NCBI GenBank assembly: GCA_977030845.1 | Contig: OZ365116.1 | Coordinates: 21,700,001-21,764,000, forward strand | Source of the DNA: Fimbriosthenelais zetlandica | Taxonomy: Eukaryota | Direction: 5' to 3' | DNA: 64,000 nucleotides | Shown here: one piece after another, positions 25,061 through 39,047 of the stretch | Position numbering within the stretch: position 1 is the first letter of the stretch | Layout: each line of letters starts with the position of its first letter | Notes under the pieces: generated by a model | Database searches by the model: none | Told to the model about the DNA's origin: nothing | What the model saw: only the letters and a program-made list of their open reading frames with translations | Program-made: the position numbers and the translations under genes

Positions 25061-28000
25061 AATACCCTCCTTGGATGGGAGAGATTTAATTGGACCTGGA
25101 AGGAAAGTGCAACTAGAATTTATTATAAACTGCCGCGGGAAAACATCTGAGATTTGAGTCCATGCGTGATTGACACCATTGAAGAACGTCTCTTTGTGTC
25201 GTCAACGACTTTCACTGTCTACAGGCTGAAGCAGCTCTTGAGATGTACCCGTCCATTCCTGCTCACAGCCAGCCCTGCCCGACCCCCACTTGACTCTGGA
25301 GAGGTTCTTCTGCGCATGTCAGCCGTGTTGCCTCCCTGTGGCAGAAGCGCTCCTTCAACTTGCCTCCATATACAGATGCGTTGACTCTTAGAAATTGAGC
25401 TCGGCATCGGTTGACTTCAAACGTGGCGGATATTTCAGATTTCTTGGGGGTGGTGCGGGGGAGGTGGGGATGGGAAGTGGGAGAAGGAAAGTGGAGGGAG
25501 CTAGGTGAGAAATGGAGAGGTTAGTTATTCCCCTCTCAACCCTTAGCCCTTGAGCTTCTGAGAGAATTGATATGATGGAAACAAGCAAAGGTGTGAAGCC
25601 TTGGACAAAGATATAAGATATTGAACTTTGTCACAATGTTGCTCAATTGAATGAAAGAACAGTGCCATTGAATTCATTTGCAACTGCATTTTCCTATGAA
25701 CAATTCTTAAATACTGCATTAATATGAATTAAACCAAATCAAACAATCATATCCCATGAGATATTTAGTAGGGACTGTGGTCAATGAAGTTATCAAAAAC
25801 GTTAAAACATTCCTAAGCATACCTGTATCCACAGTAATAGCAATGTGTCAGTGAAGCCCAATATAGCACTACATAACCCACCACAGGGCCTGGTGCTTAA
25901 TGGATGTCACACCTTGTGCCTGACGCTTCTATTATTGTCCTGCCTCCTCTCCTGTTTGTGTCAGTGTTTGGGTAAGAGTAGCCATCATTGGTAGTGACCA
26001 CGCCTTGGGGGGTTACTAAACATGGACCTCTCTCCTCTTGTCTTCTCTGTTCCTCTGTCATTACATCCCACAGTCTCTTCTCTACTCTGTTACCTAACGG
26101 GGCTTTAATCGCTCTATTTTTTGTGATGGCACCTCACAGTTTAGGACAGGACTGCGGTTCTCTATACCTTCGACAATTTTCTCAGACTCTGCTGCTCCGA
26201 ATATTAAATATATTTAAGGGACAAATATCTTGATAGTGAATTAATTAACCCTGTTATGGTCGGTAGTGTTCTCTGGATTATCAGGTTGGCCAACAGATTC
26301 ATGAATGATAGCATATATAGAGTAACTTAAGTCGCTCCAAAAATGTATTTAAAGCTGAAAGCCCTGGTCTTCCTGCGATCAAAGATCAGTACTTATGACA
26401 CTGACCCCCACCGACAATAGGAAGTCAGACAAATCAGCCTCTCTCCTATTGTAGTGTTACGTCAGGACGCTATGCTTTGTTCCCTGGGTAGGCCATATAC
26501 AATTGCCTATGCTTTTAGGTACAGGCATTGTCCTGTGTGGCCCATTCAAGGGTCAAGTATGCACCAGCACATCTAGTGGCACTTTTGGGTTAAGGGCGTG
26601 GCATGTCCATGTACTCTCTAAAAATTATTTTGTATGTTTCATCAACATGATTATCTGTAAACTTGGATATAACCTTCAGTATTATGTGATGTTAAGCTAG
26701 ATGTTAAAAGTATCTATTAATTATAAGATGATACAACACCATTAAATAAAATGATAGAAGAGTAATATAATGTTACGACCCTTACATTTCAGTCTTGCAC
26801 TCAATGATGTCACAACATTAAACCATGTTACAAACTTGATCGTTTTTATTTAAATTTCAGATGATCCCCTACATGCCACCGTGGTTTGAGTCGGAGCTGT
26901 ACAGGAGAATGACTTTGGGCCAAATCCTTTGAGTTCAAGAAGTCACAGCTCTCTGATCCTACCATTGACTCCCAGGCTACTAGAGGGACTTAATCTTTGC
27001 TCGCAGCAGAACAAAGGCCCTGGCTCTGTGGTAAGTAAGTCCCCTGTCTCCCCCATTCATAATGTGAGAAGATTAAAACCTGGTCTTTTCTTAATGTTTT
27101 AAGTTCTTGCCAGACTTGTAAGCTGGACGTCTAGACCCATCTCTTCACATGTAGAGCCTACTGCTCTTATGAAATCATCCTAACTTGGCCTCTAGCTAGA
27201 AAGTCACCATCAAGGCTAATATAAATAAATATATTCTACGTGATTAGATGCAAGAAATTGGCCTAAAAATAGCTCTTAATCCTTGTGAGCAGGGGGAGTA
27301 ATCAACTTAACTTTGCTGAAATTTGCCAAGACTATAATAGGTGGCCATCAGATATTTGTTCCGCCACAAGTTAATTTGAAGTTTTGATGTCCTGCATACA
27401 GTCATATGAAGTGGTTCGTACTTGTATCAAAAGAGTCCAGTGGGGGATGTTGCTGTAAAAGAGATTGGCGATGTGTCTGAAATTATACAATTGGCAATTG
27501 AATTAGCCTGAAGCTTAGCAGACCCTTTAACTGCTCCCATGTATAATATGAAGATATTTGAACTTAATATATTGACGAAGCACTCACATAGACTTATGTG
27601 AAATAGCAACATCGTATATTGCAGTCACTTTTCAAATAATTTTTAATCTGTATAATTTCTAATCTGTATATATGACTTAGGCGATACTCCATTTCAATCT
27701 TTGTTTGTGAACTGGGATTATATTGTTCATGGATAAAGCTCCATACATACCTATAGATTCCATTAACATTACACAAAAGATTGATTTGAACTAATCACGT
27801 CCCACCTAGAGGTGTAAAATCCCTCTGACTGATGACTGTAATATTGTAATTATTTTCCCCATCATTAGCCCATTCTTACCTCCACTCAATGTATGGAAGC
27901 ATACGTAAGAACTAATTAGAATAATGCACCGTCCCTGCGATAATTACACCTTTTTAAGCCCTTGGATACATTTTAAACTGGCGAACCTTATGGAGAGGCC

Positions 28001-28414
28001 TGTGATTGTTGCTATATGGGGGTATAGAGAGGTGGGGGAAAGGGGGTAGTTAAAGCTGTGACATAACCAAGCCAACCAACAGGTCATCCCTGCTGCAATT
28101 TGACATCGCTGTATTGAGCGGCCTAGCGGGGAGCATGATCACTAATTGTTTCTCTCAGACTCAGAGGACAATAGCAGTCTTATTCATTTGATACTCTCCG
28201 CTATCTCGTCCACAACGGTAACTCCCGTGATTCCTACAATATCTTATTTTCAGGGTTTTGAGGTAATTACAGGCCTGGCACCTGAAACATCGGGTGTCCA
28301 GAGGAGAGGGAGGGGTTTATATTTTAACCCCGAGGGCGAATTTTTCACTCTCTATACTATAGCTTTGACCCGGTGGGGGTGACATTATGCTCCCTCTTTC
28401 CGGACCCCCACCAG

Positions 28415-28680
28415 ACGTTAGCGAGTTACGTCACCACGTGAAGTACAACGTCAGCACATAATCCCTTAAGTAGCTCCACCTAGCGAGGGACAGTAAAATC
28501 AAGTTGTCATGGTAACAAGTCTGATTAACTCTCCAGGTAGGGAGGTTAGAAAGTAACATCTTGTTCTCGTAGAATCTCGCAGAGAGAGTAGAGTCATCAT
28601 CGACGTCATCTAGTTCACGTCACCGCCGAGGGTGGCGCTGTAGGTAAACTGTTGCGTCCCATGACGTGACTTCCGCTGTG
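28415..28680. promoter_or_regulatory. Promoter/enhancer-like island: RFX X-box, CRE half-sites and E-box
   Basis: GTTGTCATGGTAAC at 28503-28516 (13/14 to GTTRCCATGGYAAC); TTACGTCA at 28426; CACGTG at 28435; ACGTCA at 28448, 28603 and 28617; TGACGTGA at 28662. Confidence 0.45.
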
Positions 28681-29823
28681 ACCTGCGCACTTGAGATGGT
28701 CAAAAGTGGGCGATAATGAGAGCAAATGTCGGGTAATTCAGGCAGTAAGGGGAACAAACTGTTAAAGTGAAATGGCAAGTCGTACCTCTTGAAATATAAG
28801 TGATCACACGATGCCAGATGGAGAATCACTCCCTGATCAAAGCTTTGAACGGAAGGAGTTTGTTATCTGAACATTAGGCCACCATAATGCCTTTTCTGAA
28901 GCATTTCTGAGTTGATTGGGGCCCTTATTCATTGAATGAAAACATTATTTCAATTTGATGAGAAATATTTAATGCCACTATTGTGAAATGATGACTATAA
29001 TATGTCCACATGAGCATGCTGCATCCACTGTTAGTCATCACTAAACATGACTTAACCTTCTCATTTAGTCAGCCGACCATACTTAGTCACCTCGTGAGTA
29101 GGACTGCCTCACACCATGCTAGTCTTCTGCCAACACAATGTCATGTTGCTTTGGATTTAGAATATTACATGACCATGTATTCTGCTACAAATGCATCAGA
29201 ATATGATGGCCTCCCTCAATAGATGATTTTGAAAAGAGGTGAATGTGGTTGTGGGTAATGCTTCATACTTGGCAATGTACAGTTTGGCACCCTGCAGTTA
29301 ACACCTTGATACTGAAATGGTGACAATTCCGCTATACGGTAAATTCCGTGAGTAGTCGACAGAAAAGGTTTTAGAGTTATGTATGTCATATTGCAATTTA
29401 TGACAGAATTATCTTGAGAGTATAGGAGAGTAGCAAGAGTGAATTCCTACTCAGTTCCTCTGGCTTCTAAATAAAAGTAACCTACATGTACTTGATCCAA
29501 AGAAGACAGGTTTCACATTTGAATATTCAAAAGAAATTTGAATTTGAATATTCAAGGATTGTTTTGGTATACATTATTTTTTCCATATTTGTTAAATGAG
29601 AAATTACAGCTTTATATAGGTCTACGCCATAACTTAATATAATTAAATAAGTTAGGAAAAGTTCCCATTCTCTAAAGCCAGAGGAAGGAATCTCAGTGTG
29701 GAGGTGTGAGAATAGGTGAGAAGTATTTTACCATAGAAAGAAAGAGAGAGTGGTGCTGGTATAGGGTGGTGGTGGCGGCCCCACTTACATGGCGTTATAA
29801 TGAGCACCACTCTTCACCCTTCA

Positions 29824-29917
29824 TGATTGACAGTTAAGATAGAGGCCGTCACAAAGGCAGACCATGATGAAGCTACGCCCCCCACCCATCCCGCCATTGT
29901 CCCGCCTCCACCAATCA
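29824..29917 (+). promoter_or_regulatory. Promoter-like cluster: PBX-MEIS/PREP decamer, GC box, CCAAT box
   Basis: TGATTGACAG at 29824-29833, CCCGCCTCC at 29901-29909, CCAATCA at 29911-29917. Confidence 0.4.
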
Positions 29918-32900
29918 CATCGCCTCTTACAAATTGGACCTTTTTCTCGGGTCGCCGCGAGGCTTCTCCCTCCACAAGGTCATCAGCGTCTGACCGCTTC
30001 ACACACTTTCAAATAAGGGCATCATTCCCTCCTAACTTTTTACCCTTCAACATTCCAAACGTTTACTGCTTCTATTTCCATTTACATGAAGAGGGACTTT
30101 TACAACTCCAACAACCACTTTGATCATCATTGAACTATTCACACTTTTTGGATATTTTAAAGAAGAATTGGGAAAAAAGTTTAAAAGGATTTTTCTCCGC
30201 GAAAAAGTTCCGAAAAAAATAACTTTTCATTAAATTGAAGAGTTCTTGCAACACAGAAACTATTTCTTGTGCTTCTCACAGGTGCACAAAGTGGTTCCAA
30301 AGTCGCTCGAAGGCGGCGCTATTGGAGCGGCAGGTAGAGAGCTCAAAGAAGTTGTACCTGGGACTCTCCCCTCCCTCCTGAGAGTTGTGAGAGAAATAGA
30401 GAAGAGTGAGAGAGGTGGAGTGGTGGTTGAGAAGCGTGACGGAGGTAGGAGACCTGGGGACAGGACCGCCCTTCAGTCGGTCTAACCCCGTCAAGCGAAC
30501 AGGTAGTCTACACCTATATACCAATCTCTACCCCCAACACTGGAGAAGTGTCCTTCATCCATGGAGAGAGGAGCCCTCCAGGGGCAGTGGTGGTGGTCTA
30601 ACTGACCATCTCTACACATTAATACAGGTGTATAATCCCACCTGGACGACTAGAATAGCCATATACCATTAGTGCGGGAGGAGATTAAGCCAAGCGATCA
30701 AGGACTTATTATTGTTGTTCTTTATATACTATTTCCCGGACGTATATATATACTACCCATTGAACAGTCAGGATGAATAGCCCTACAGAGATGAGCAAAG
30801 TTCAACAGACATCCAGTAAGTTATGATTATCATTATGATCAGGGCATGTAGATTATAATGTTTATATTCGCCACACCTTCCCCATATACCACCCACCTAC
30901 ATGTATATGCCACGCACACCTCTACCAATAATTACCTATAAATCTAGATCATCAGTTCAGGCTTGTGGGCAAGAATTGTGATATTGCCTTCATGACTATA
31001 TTTAAACTGGCTGTCACATAGAATGTACGAGAAAAATCCAAAGAAATATGAAACTTTCTCACAAAAATTCTTCACATTAGAACTGATTTCCCAAGGCCAT
31101 ACTGAATCCCATGAATTCATTGGATTGCCTTGTGATCTTTTTTTATTGGCCTCGAAATTTGAGTTAATTGTCAGGCCTCCTGTGATTTTAGCCGCAAAAA
31201 GAACGACATTGGAACTAGCTTTTGTTGTGGTTTATATATAGTTTCTGGTACAGTCTGTAAGCGAATCAGTAGTACATAATTTTACATGGATACAATAGCC
31301 TGTAGGGAAGTCCTCAAAGCGTGGTGTGGGCCACCATTTGCGAAAGGATTTAGCAAATGGTCCTCACACCTTTGCCTTTACTGTGACCACGCTTTGAACA
31401 TGAGACCAATAGAAGCCATGTGAGGTATTACCGGAGCCGAGGCCTTCCCTACCTCAGTTAAGATCATTATAACTTACACTTGTTATAAATCTGACGATCT
31501 GAACATTGATATTCATGCTGGGATATGGCACGAAGTCAGTCTGGGATTTGAGAAAATCTGTTCTGTGCAAAGACTGAATATCAGACTTGCAGATTGAACA
31601 AGCCTCATGATAATTTTATACGCGGGAAGAAAAATTGTAGTTGGGACATGCTAATAATGCATTACATATACCTGGCTCGTGTAATTGTATGCAACCGTTA
31701 CAAAAAGGTCATTAAAAATTGGCTATCTAAATGTAATTGCCTCATGAAATCAATTTTTCTCCAGCGCACATGCTTTTCAACTTTTGACGCTATCGGAGAC
31801 ATAACACCAAGGGGAAGACCAAGCTTTAAAAAGCTTTGACTCGTTGCATCGCTGCAAGAATCAAAACAGCATCATAAGATTTGTTCATACTGATTCATGG
31901 TTAAGAAAATAAGGCAATTTGAAAAACAAGATAAAGAAACAGGCTCGGGGAAAGAGATGTCGTGGGGAATGGGTCTATCAAGTCCGGGACATCAAAGCTT
32001 TTGACTATGGGCGTTTAGAAGGATGTTAAAAAAGAGAGAGTAGTGGAGGAAGGAGCAGGTGGGGATGTTTAGGTTGGGGAGAAGTTGGAAGTACCTGGGG
32101 TGATGTCGTGGGAAGCCACAATGTAGGAGACTGGATTCCACAGCACCTTCCCTATATAAAACCTTATAGAAAGGCACACCTGTGATGCTCCATCTCTCTA
32201 AGGCCACACAGAGTTACAATTTTCTCTCTAACCTACCTTGATATGCCATCAAGATTAATGTCTAATTGCTTATAAATGATGTCCTCTCAATTAAGAGCAT
32301 TAATTTAGAGGGGTACTGGCAGGTTAAACGATCCCAGGGAGGCGATTTCTTCTACCATGAAAGGCTTGATTATGTGGAGCAATATAGGGAAGAGTTTTTA
32401 CTTCTTCATGCTAAGATGCTGTTATGATTTGGCTTCAGAATTAATATGACTAAACTAAACTTAAAAGGATTTGGACCGAATATATGAATACTCAGGCGTA
32501 TACAAGATTTGTAAATGTTCACAGATCTGCAAGAGAAATTTCCTTCATAGGATAAGAAGCTTTTTTTGCACACTAATTCTATCTTAATCATCGTATCACA
32601 TAACAATTCTCACACAGACGTCCAATGTTTGATGGGACGTCCTATTGATTTGGGAAATATTTCTTTCAAATCAGGAAATTCAAGAATGTTTTAGATTCTT
32701 GTGACTGTGCAATTCCCTCAATGAACCTTCTAAGCCCTTTATATTCTGTGATTTGCCATCCTGGAGAAGCAATACATGTGACAGTGTAGAAGTTCCTCTA
32801 CAATCTCCCCCTGTAAAGAAATACTGGCCTCCACATTCAGCGACTGGAGGACGTCCAGTAGGCTTTGATTTCCTCTCTATTAATAACCTATCTCTTGTAT

Positions 32901-35795
32901 CAATAACTTAGCTGGGTACTGGAGGAGGGGATGGTCTCTCACGCAGGCTGTCTTCCTGTAGGCTGGCTGGGTGGTGATAGGACAGGAAAGACAAACAGGA
33001 AGTCAGACAGGATGGGGGACAGGAAAAGTGACTTTCACACGAAGAGAGAATGCTGACTTGTTAATAGCCAACTTCGAACCTAACATGTACTCACTATCAT
33101 TAGAAATTTATACAATTTGATTAGGACTTGTCTGGTGAATCGTATGGTAGAAAATCAATTTTGGCACTGGAGACACCTGCATAGTTTTGATGGCTCAGTT
33201 TGTCTGCAATTTGAAATCCAAATTGATAATAGTTGCGACCCATGGCACAATCGTATCTTTCTATTGTCGTGCATGTAATCTTAATCTTATGAAACATGCA
33301 TTATGAAAACTAGTTTGGAATAGATGTAGAGGGGTGGTATATGATACTCCCGACCATACGGCCCTTGTCCGCTGGGATGTTCCCGGATAGCAGCGTGGGT
33401 CGTATGGTATACACCTCCCGCCAACAGGTAAATCACTGATTATTAAACCGTGCCAGGTGTAAATCCCTCCTCACATATAACTACACATTACACCAGCTAA
33501 CATGTGGTAAAATGTAACTTTTAACTCTGGGAATGTGGAAGGGGAGGAGTTTAGAGTCGTTAAGGGGGTTAAAGTGAAGGAGTTAATAAAACAGTGGAGA
33601 GTGAGTGAGGAGAGTGAGAGGTAGGGCTATATTAAGCACCTGGGGAGGTGAGTTGGGGGGTGGACGGACCCGGGTAGGATTGTCATGGGGCCCGCCCATA
33701 CAACAGCCCGCCGATGTGAAGCCCGCCAGCGGGTAATGACGGGGGAGGACGGGCCAGGTGCGGGGCTGGTCAACCGAGAGGAGGGCGCTCACCCACCGAC
33801 TAAACTAACTCCTCCTCCCGTCCTCACCTCCCACAGCTAGAGACATAATAAATGACATACATGTACACACAATGGTGTACGTATCATATATGCCTGCTCT
33901 GTTAGTACAGAGAATACTGACAATATGAGGATATATGTATGTGAAGCCAGTCAGTGGCTTCTTGAATTCCCAATGGCTTCTTTTTTAATTTCCCTCAAGG
34001 TGAATTTCTAATATATAATATTATATAAGATAACATACCCAATTACATTTCCTTCTTTCACATTATACATATTTGCTTTTCTTCATCTTTTATACTTGTC
34101 CAAATTTATTGATGCTTTTCAATTCCTACATAATTGGGCTTTGCTTGAATGTCCACCAATATCATTGCAAGACTTATAATAAAACTTAAAATAACTAAAA
34201 CTTACCTTCAAGTATTTCAGGAGCAATTACTATTAACCTTGAATTAATACGGGAAAGATAATGAACCAGAAGAAGCTTTACATTTTGCTGGCTATATAGA
34301 GCAGATCAATCAATACAGATCGCTTTATCTCCTACAAGATCTCCCCGATCATTATTGATAAATTCATCACACATTTGTATTATCAAAGGAAGAAGTTATT
34401 TCCAGATTTATGTCTCTATTGGTAGAATATCGGTGCATATTACTAATGGAAACAAATTATGTCTATCATCGGGTCAGCTGGCCTATTGATACCCACCCAC
34501 CCACCTCTTACACCAATGCTTAGTGCTTTGGCTAGGTGCCAATCGGCAAGAAAAAAAGATCCGACCGAATTAGGGTGTGAACACACACAAACCAGATATG
34601 ACACCATCATAAATCCAAATCTATTATTATTCTATACACCGCTGTATATCAATGATTCCATATTTCACGGGCATACTGCCTTTTGTGTGGTTTGCATTGT
34701 AATCAATAACTTTATGTTTTATTCTGGATCCTTTGGCTAATTTTTGGCACTCCCAAAGCAGAACCTCGCCAAGCTCGGTCACTGCAGATCTCTTAATACG
34801 AGAAATGGATTATTAGATCGTGAAAGCCACAAGTATGTGGCAAAAAATGTGATTCAACACGACCCTTTTCAATGGACATATCAATGAGGCATGGCCATGA
34901 GATACAAAATTATTAAATGGATTATTGAATCTTTACCGCATACTTTACTAGGTACGCATTCTGACTTTTAAAAAGTTTAAGTGCATGAACCCTATCTTTT
35001 CTGTATAATGATTGCCATTCAAATTCTGCATGTTTGATATGATAGCTGAGATCGTAATGTATATCATTGCTCTACAGCTCTCTGCAGGTGGTCCATAGGA
35101 ACCTTTACTATAAAGTGACGGGAAAAGAAGCATCTGGACACCTTTGTCTTTTATCCCAGATCTACCAATCATCTTCACTAACCCTATACATGATACCAAC
35201 CTATAGCCAGCTCCTGTGTCCACTCTCAGACACCATGCAGTAGCTGGTGTTTCCCACGGTTTGGGGGTCACTGGATTTACCAATCATAATTCTTTTTGTA
35301 TACCCTTCTGACTCAAAACCACATCTACCACTCATTTCAATGGCTGATACTTAAAGTACGCCTACATAAATATCTAATAGTAAGCCTATATAATATGATA
35401 TGACAGAATATCACATCTGAATCCATGTACATATAAGGATGTACATGTAAGTACATACATGGATACGCCACAATTATGTATCGCCAGAAAGCCAACAACT
35501 TCCCATCCACATAAACATCATAGCTTTACCCCAAAGCCATCCATCTCACAGACTTGTCTTCCAATTTAACACAAATTCGCTGAACCACTGGAAGCTAGCT
35601 TATTGTACGTCTGTACTGTAACAACTATAATCTACAAACATTCAATCCTTGTCAATAACTCCACCTGAGATGGCCACACACCTTGTACCGTGGTCCGCTG
35701 TGTAGTTGCGGTATGGATACAACTAGCACTTAAAAACTGGCTTTGTTGGTAGACATACAGGGTTGTTAACATATCTGCAATATTTTATATGAAAA

Positions 35796-35851
35796 ATATA
35801 GTTTCCTTCAATGCTTTTGAATCATATAGTTTCCTTCAATTCTTTTGAATC
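35796..35851 (+). repeat. 28-bp tandem duplication, 1 mismatch
   Basis: ATATAGTTTCCTTCAAT(G/T)CTTTTGAATC x2. Confidence 0.9.
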
Positions 35852-38800
35852 TTTTACAAGATTGCCAAGAAGGAATTATGTACATGTACCTGCAGGAAAT
35901 GTATGCAATTGTTTCTGAAAAGTTCAGCAAAAGCAGCAAGTCGAATTCTGAAATGTTTCCTATTTTTGACCAATGTTGTATCATACGTCTTGACCAAGGA
36001 TATCATGCAACTACACATTTAGAGTGAAGTTAGTCCTACATACCACCAAGACAGCCCAGGAGCCTAGTGATTAGAGCTGATTTTCTCCCATTGAGTTTAG
36101 TATGGGGTCGGAAACATGCTTCAATGCTTTAACGTTGGAGTGGGAAATGAGAGGTATCTATTATGATAAAGGGGTAGCCTCTCTGTGGGAATCTATCATG
36201 TATTGGGATGTGTGTATCACTTTAGGTACATATGTCTGCGGACACACATCAAAGTCCCTCCACTCCCCCTGTTTACCTCCCCTTGTTGACCCGCCCCTTT
36301 GTTGGACATTGCCTTGGCTGGACCATGGTGCTTTATCATTACTGTGGTTTGGTCACTTTTCTTGTGGTCACAACTTTCTGTATATGTTCCCCCATTCACG
36401 CCACTGCATGGAATCTCCGTGTGCTTGAATTTCCCCCCCAATATTTCAAACACATTATTATAAAATCAGTCTAGTTACTCTCTTTTCTGTTATGAAATGC
36501 CCCGGATACCCTTTGTTATACTGGTTCATCCATCTTTTCTATATTCAATTATAAGGTATTTTATGGACCATTTTCTCTGAATTGCTTCCTTAAATACATG
36601 CAAAAAACTGCATCAAGAGATCTACACAAGGTTGAAATTAAAGCCTAAAACATGGTGATCACCACTATAATGCCCATCTCGTGGGCCTGTATAAATCAAT
36701 CATTTAAGCCTTCATTTCCTCGGGGCTATCAATGACTAGTTATTGGGGGTTAACTCCGGATTTCCCCCACTACTCCCCACAAAGGCTGGAGCTGTGTGCT
36801 TTATTGAGGGGAGTTAGAGGAGGAGGAGGCAGACCGCTCCCTGTTATAGAACTCTATCACCGGGGATCAATCACTCTATTTGTCAGCCTGCTGGGGCATT
36901 TTTAAGGGCTATTAGCTCGCAAATTAAACTCCCTCACATCCCCCTGTCCAGCCCCCTTTTGTACTAATTGTTAAAGGAGATGTTGAGAGGAGGATCCTTG
37001 TTGATGATGTTGCCTTTAAGGGGGTGTTGATCAACCAGTGTGAGCCAGGATTGGCTTGTCAGTCGTCTACTTGTTACATCAGAAAAAATAAAACTATTTT
37101 CAGAATGCTCACGTATGTCTATAGATGACTTTAACATAGATCACCAGAAGAGCTATAGGTCTGATGAGAACCTAACACAAAAGTATGGAACTGCTTAGCC
37201 AGATTGACAAAGTGACTTGCAGTGGCAATATAAAAATCCTGATGTCATTATTGAGGATAGAGGACGTGGGATGAGAATATGTTCTCAGTGAAGCTCAGGT
37301 AGAACCCACACCTGCAGGTTTTGTTCACCAACTGACATTGGTATGGCGAGATATTTATGATATACTTAACGCTCCAAGTCTTGTCTCGTTAGTTGAAAGA
37401 TTACACGATTTGACATCGGAGTAGGCTTGCTATACTTCATTATGTTTACTGATAACATATCTTTTCACTCTCAGCAGTGACAACCATATGTCAGGGTGGG
37501 AAAATCAGGGGCTGTCAGAATGGCTGTTACTTTCTACTGACAATGGTTAACTCAACGGGGATTCCGTCAGAGGTAGACTACACCAGGGGCTTGTTAGCCC
37601 ACCATGGGTGCTCTATATGATGGGAATATGCACAAACATAATATATTTTACTTATATGATATACTTCCTAACACACAAATAGCCCATATATATATATATG
37701 CTTGCAATCATATGCCAACCAAAGCCAGTTTCATATCCAAGAATCTGTTATAACTAATATCTTGTTGTGCGTTTCTTATTGTTTCTGATAAAAGTTTTAA
37801 AGGATTTTAGTGCCAGGTTGAATTTGAGTGTAATTTCTCTCAGTTCAGTTGGTTATAACCTCATGAAGGATTTGTAAGATGAGTTGGTCGACCTTCCTCC
37901 CGCCCTGGACACGACACGAGCTCATGCAGGGCTCTAACTTCCCTTGTCGAAGGCAGAAAGTGAAACCAGTGCAGAGCCAATGAATAGTTAATCACAGTCT
38001 TTCAGACAATGCCAGATATTGTGACAGCTCTCTCTGCTGCCCAGGAAGTGCCCACTGCCCATGCGCGCGATAGGTGGCTCTGATAAGAATGAACCCAAGT
38101 GACAAGGTGGTGACAGACGACTGACGAAGGCACAACAAAAGTTTGCTTCCCTCCTACCGCCCAAACAAGAAATTGATTTGCTGACAAAAAGAAAAGCTTA
38201 TAGACTGCGGAAGGGTCAGTCTCCTCTGATATGTCTTATCACATGTATCAGCAAAGGGCATTTTATGTAAGGGCCCAAGCCCTCTCCACTTACTGTCACC
38301 ATTAATGAAGGCCTCACCACCTGAATCTAACCCCTGCTGTAAAGTGACTAACCCATGGCCTTTCACTGGGGTTTGCAGAACCCACAGGGGCACTTTCTTT
38401 TTTATTTTCGGAGGCTGGGAAATGCCAGAGATAACCTATTGTCACGGCAGAACGACAAAAACCAAACCGATGGCAGCTTATGTTTGCTTGTCATCAGCGT
38501 GAGCATTCATGTCAATAATATTTGATATGTATTATTATGGTTTTGTATTTTTATCAGCAAAAATCATATTGTGGTTCAATTTCGATGTTTGATAAGAATG
38601 ACATTCATGAACAAACCATGGACATTCTGCCATTTGGTCTGTTTAGAAGGAAGCATAGAATTTTGGATAATAAAATGTCCATAATTTCAGAGCAGTTAAC
38701 CAGTCCTGCCCTTGTGCCTTCTTGCGTCAGTTCTACAGCATTTAGTACAAACAAGACTGAACAAATCAGTGCAGGACTAACAGAGGCCTGCCCTGCGGCT

Positions 38801-38927
38801 AGCCACCTTATTAGATCCTAACAATTGCTTCTCGATTCTTTCCCACGTTCAGACCGGACAATAGAACACCCCAGCCACCATCCGCTTAGCCTCTCAGCTG
38901 TGATAGACTGGTGTGCTGCATCTCTGA

Positions 38928-39047
38928 CCGAGGCTGGGTGAAGGATGGTGAAGGCTACCTCTGTCCGAGGACTTGTGGAGGGTGATGGCTACCTCGGTCC
39001 GAGGCTGGGTGAAGGATGATAGCCGATGCCTTGTCCTGGGTGAAGGA
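38928..39047 (+). repeat. Degenerate ~35-bp GC-rich minisatellite (~3.5 units)
   Basis: CCGAGGCTGGGTGAAGGATG at 38928 and 38999; GGCTACCTC at 38953 and 38987; CTGGGTGAAGGA at 39036. Confidence 0.75.

Noticed and set aside
29519-29555. Two copies of the palindrome TTGAATATTCAA resembling a heat-shock element
   Set aside because: Each has only two nGAAn units, and they are not phased into the three-unit array HSF requires.
24205-37328. 22-bp near-repeat CACACCTGCAGG(C/T)TT(G/T)GTTCAC at 24205 and 37307
   Set aside because: A 20/22 match is of a size roughly expected by chance among all pairs in 64 kb, and it does not extend.
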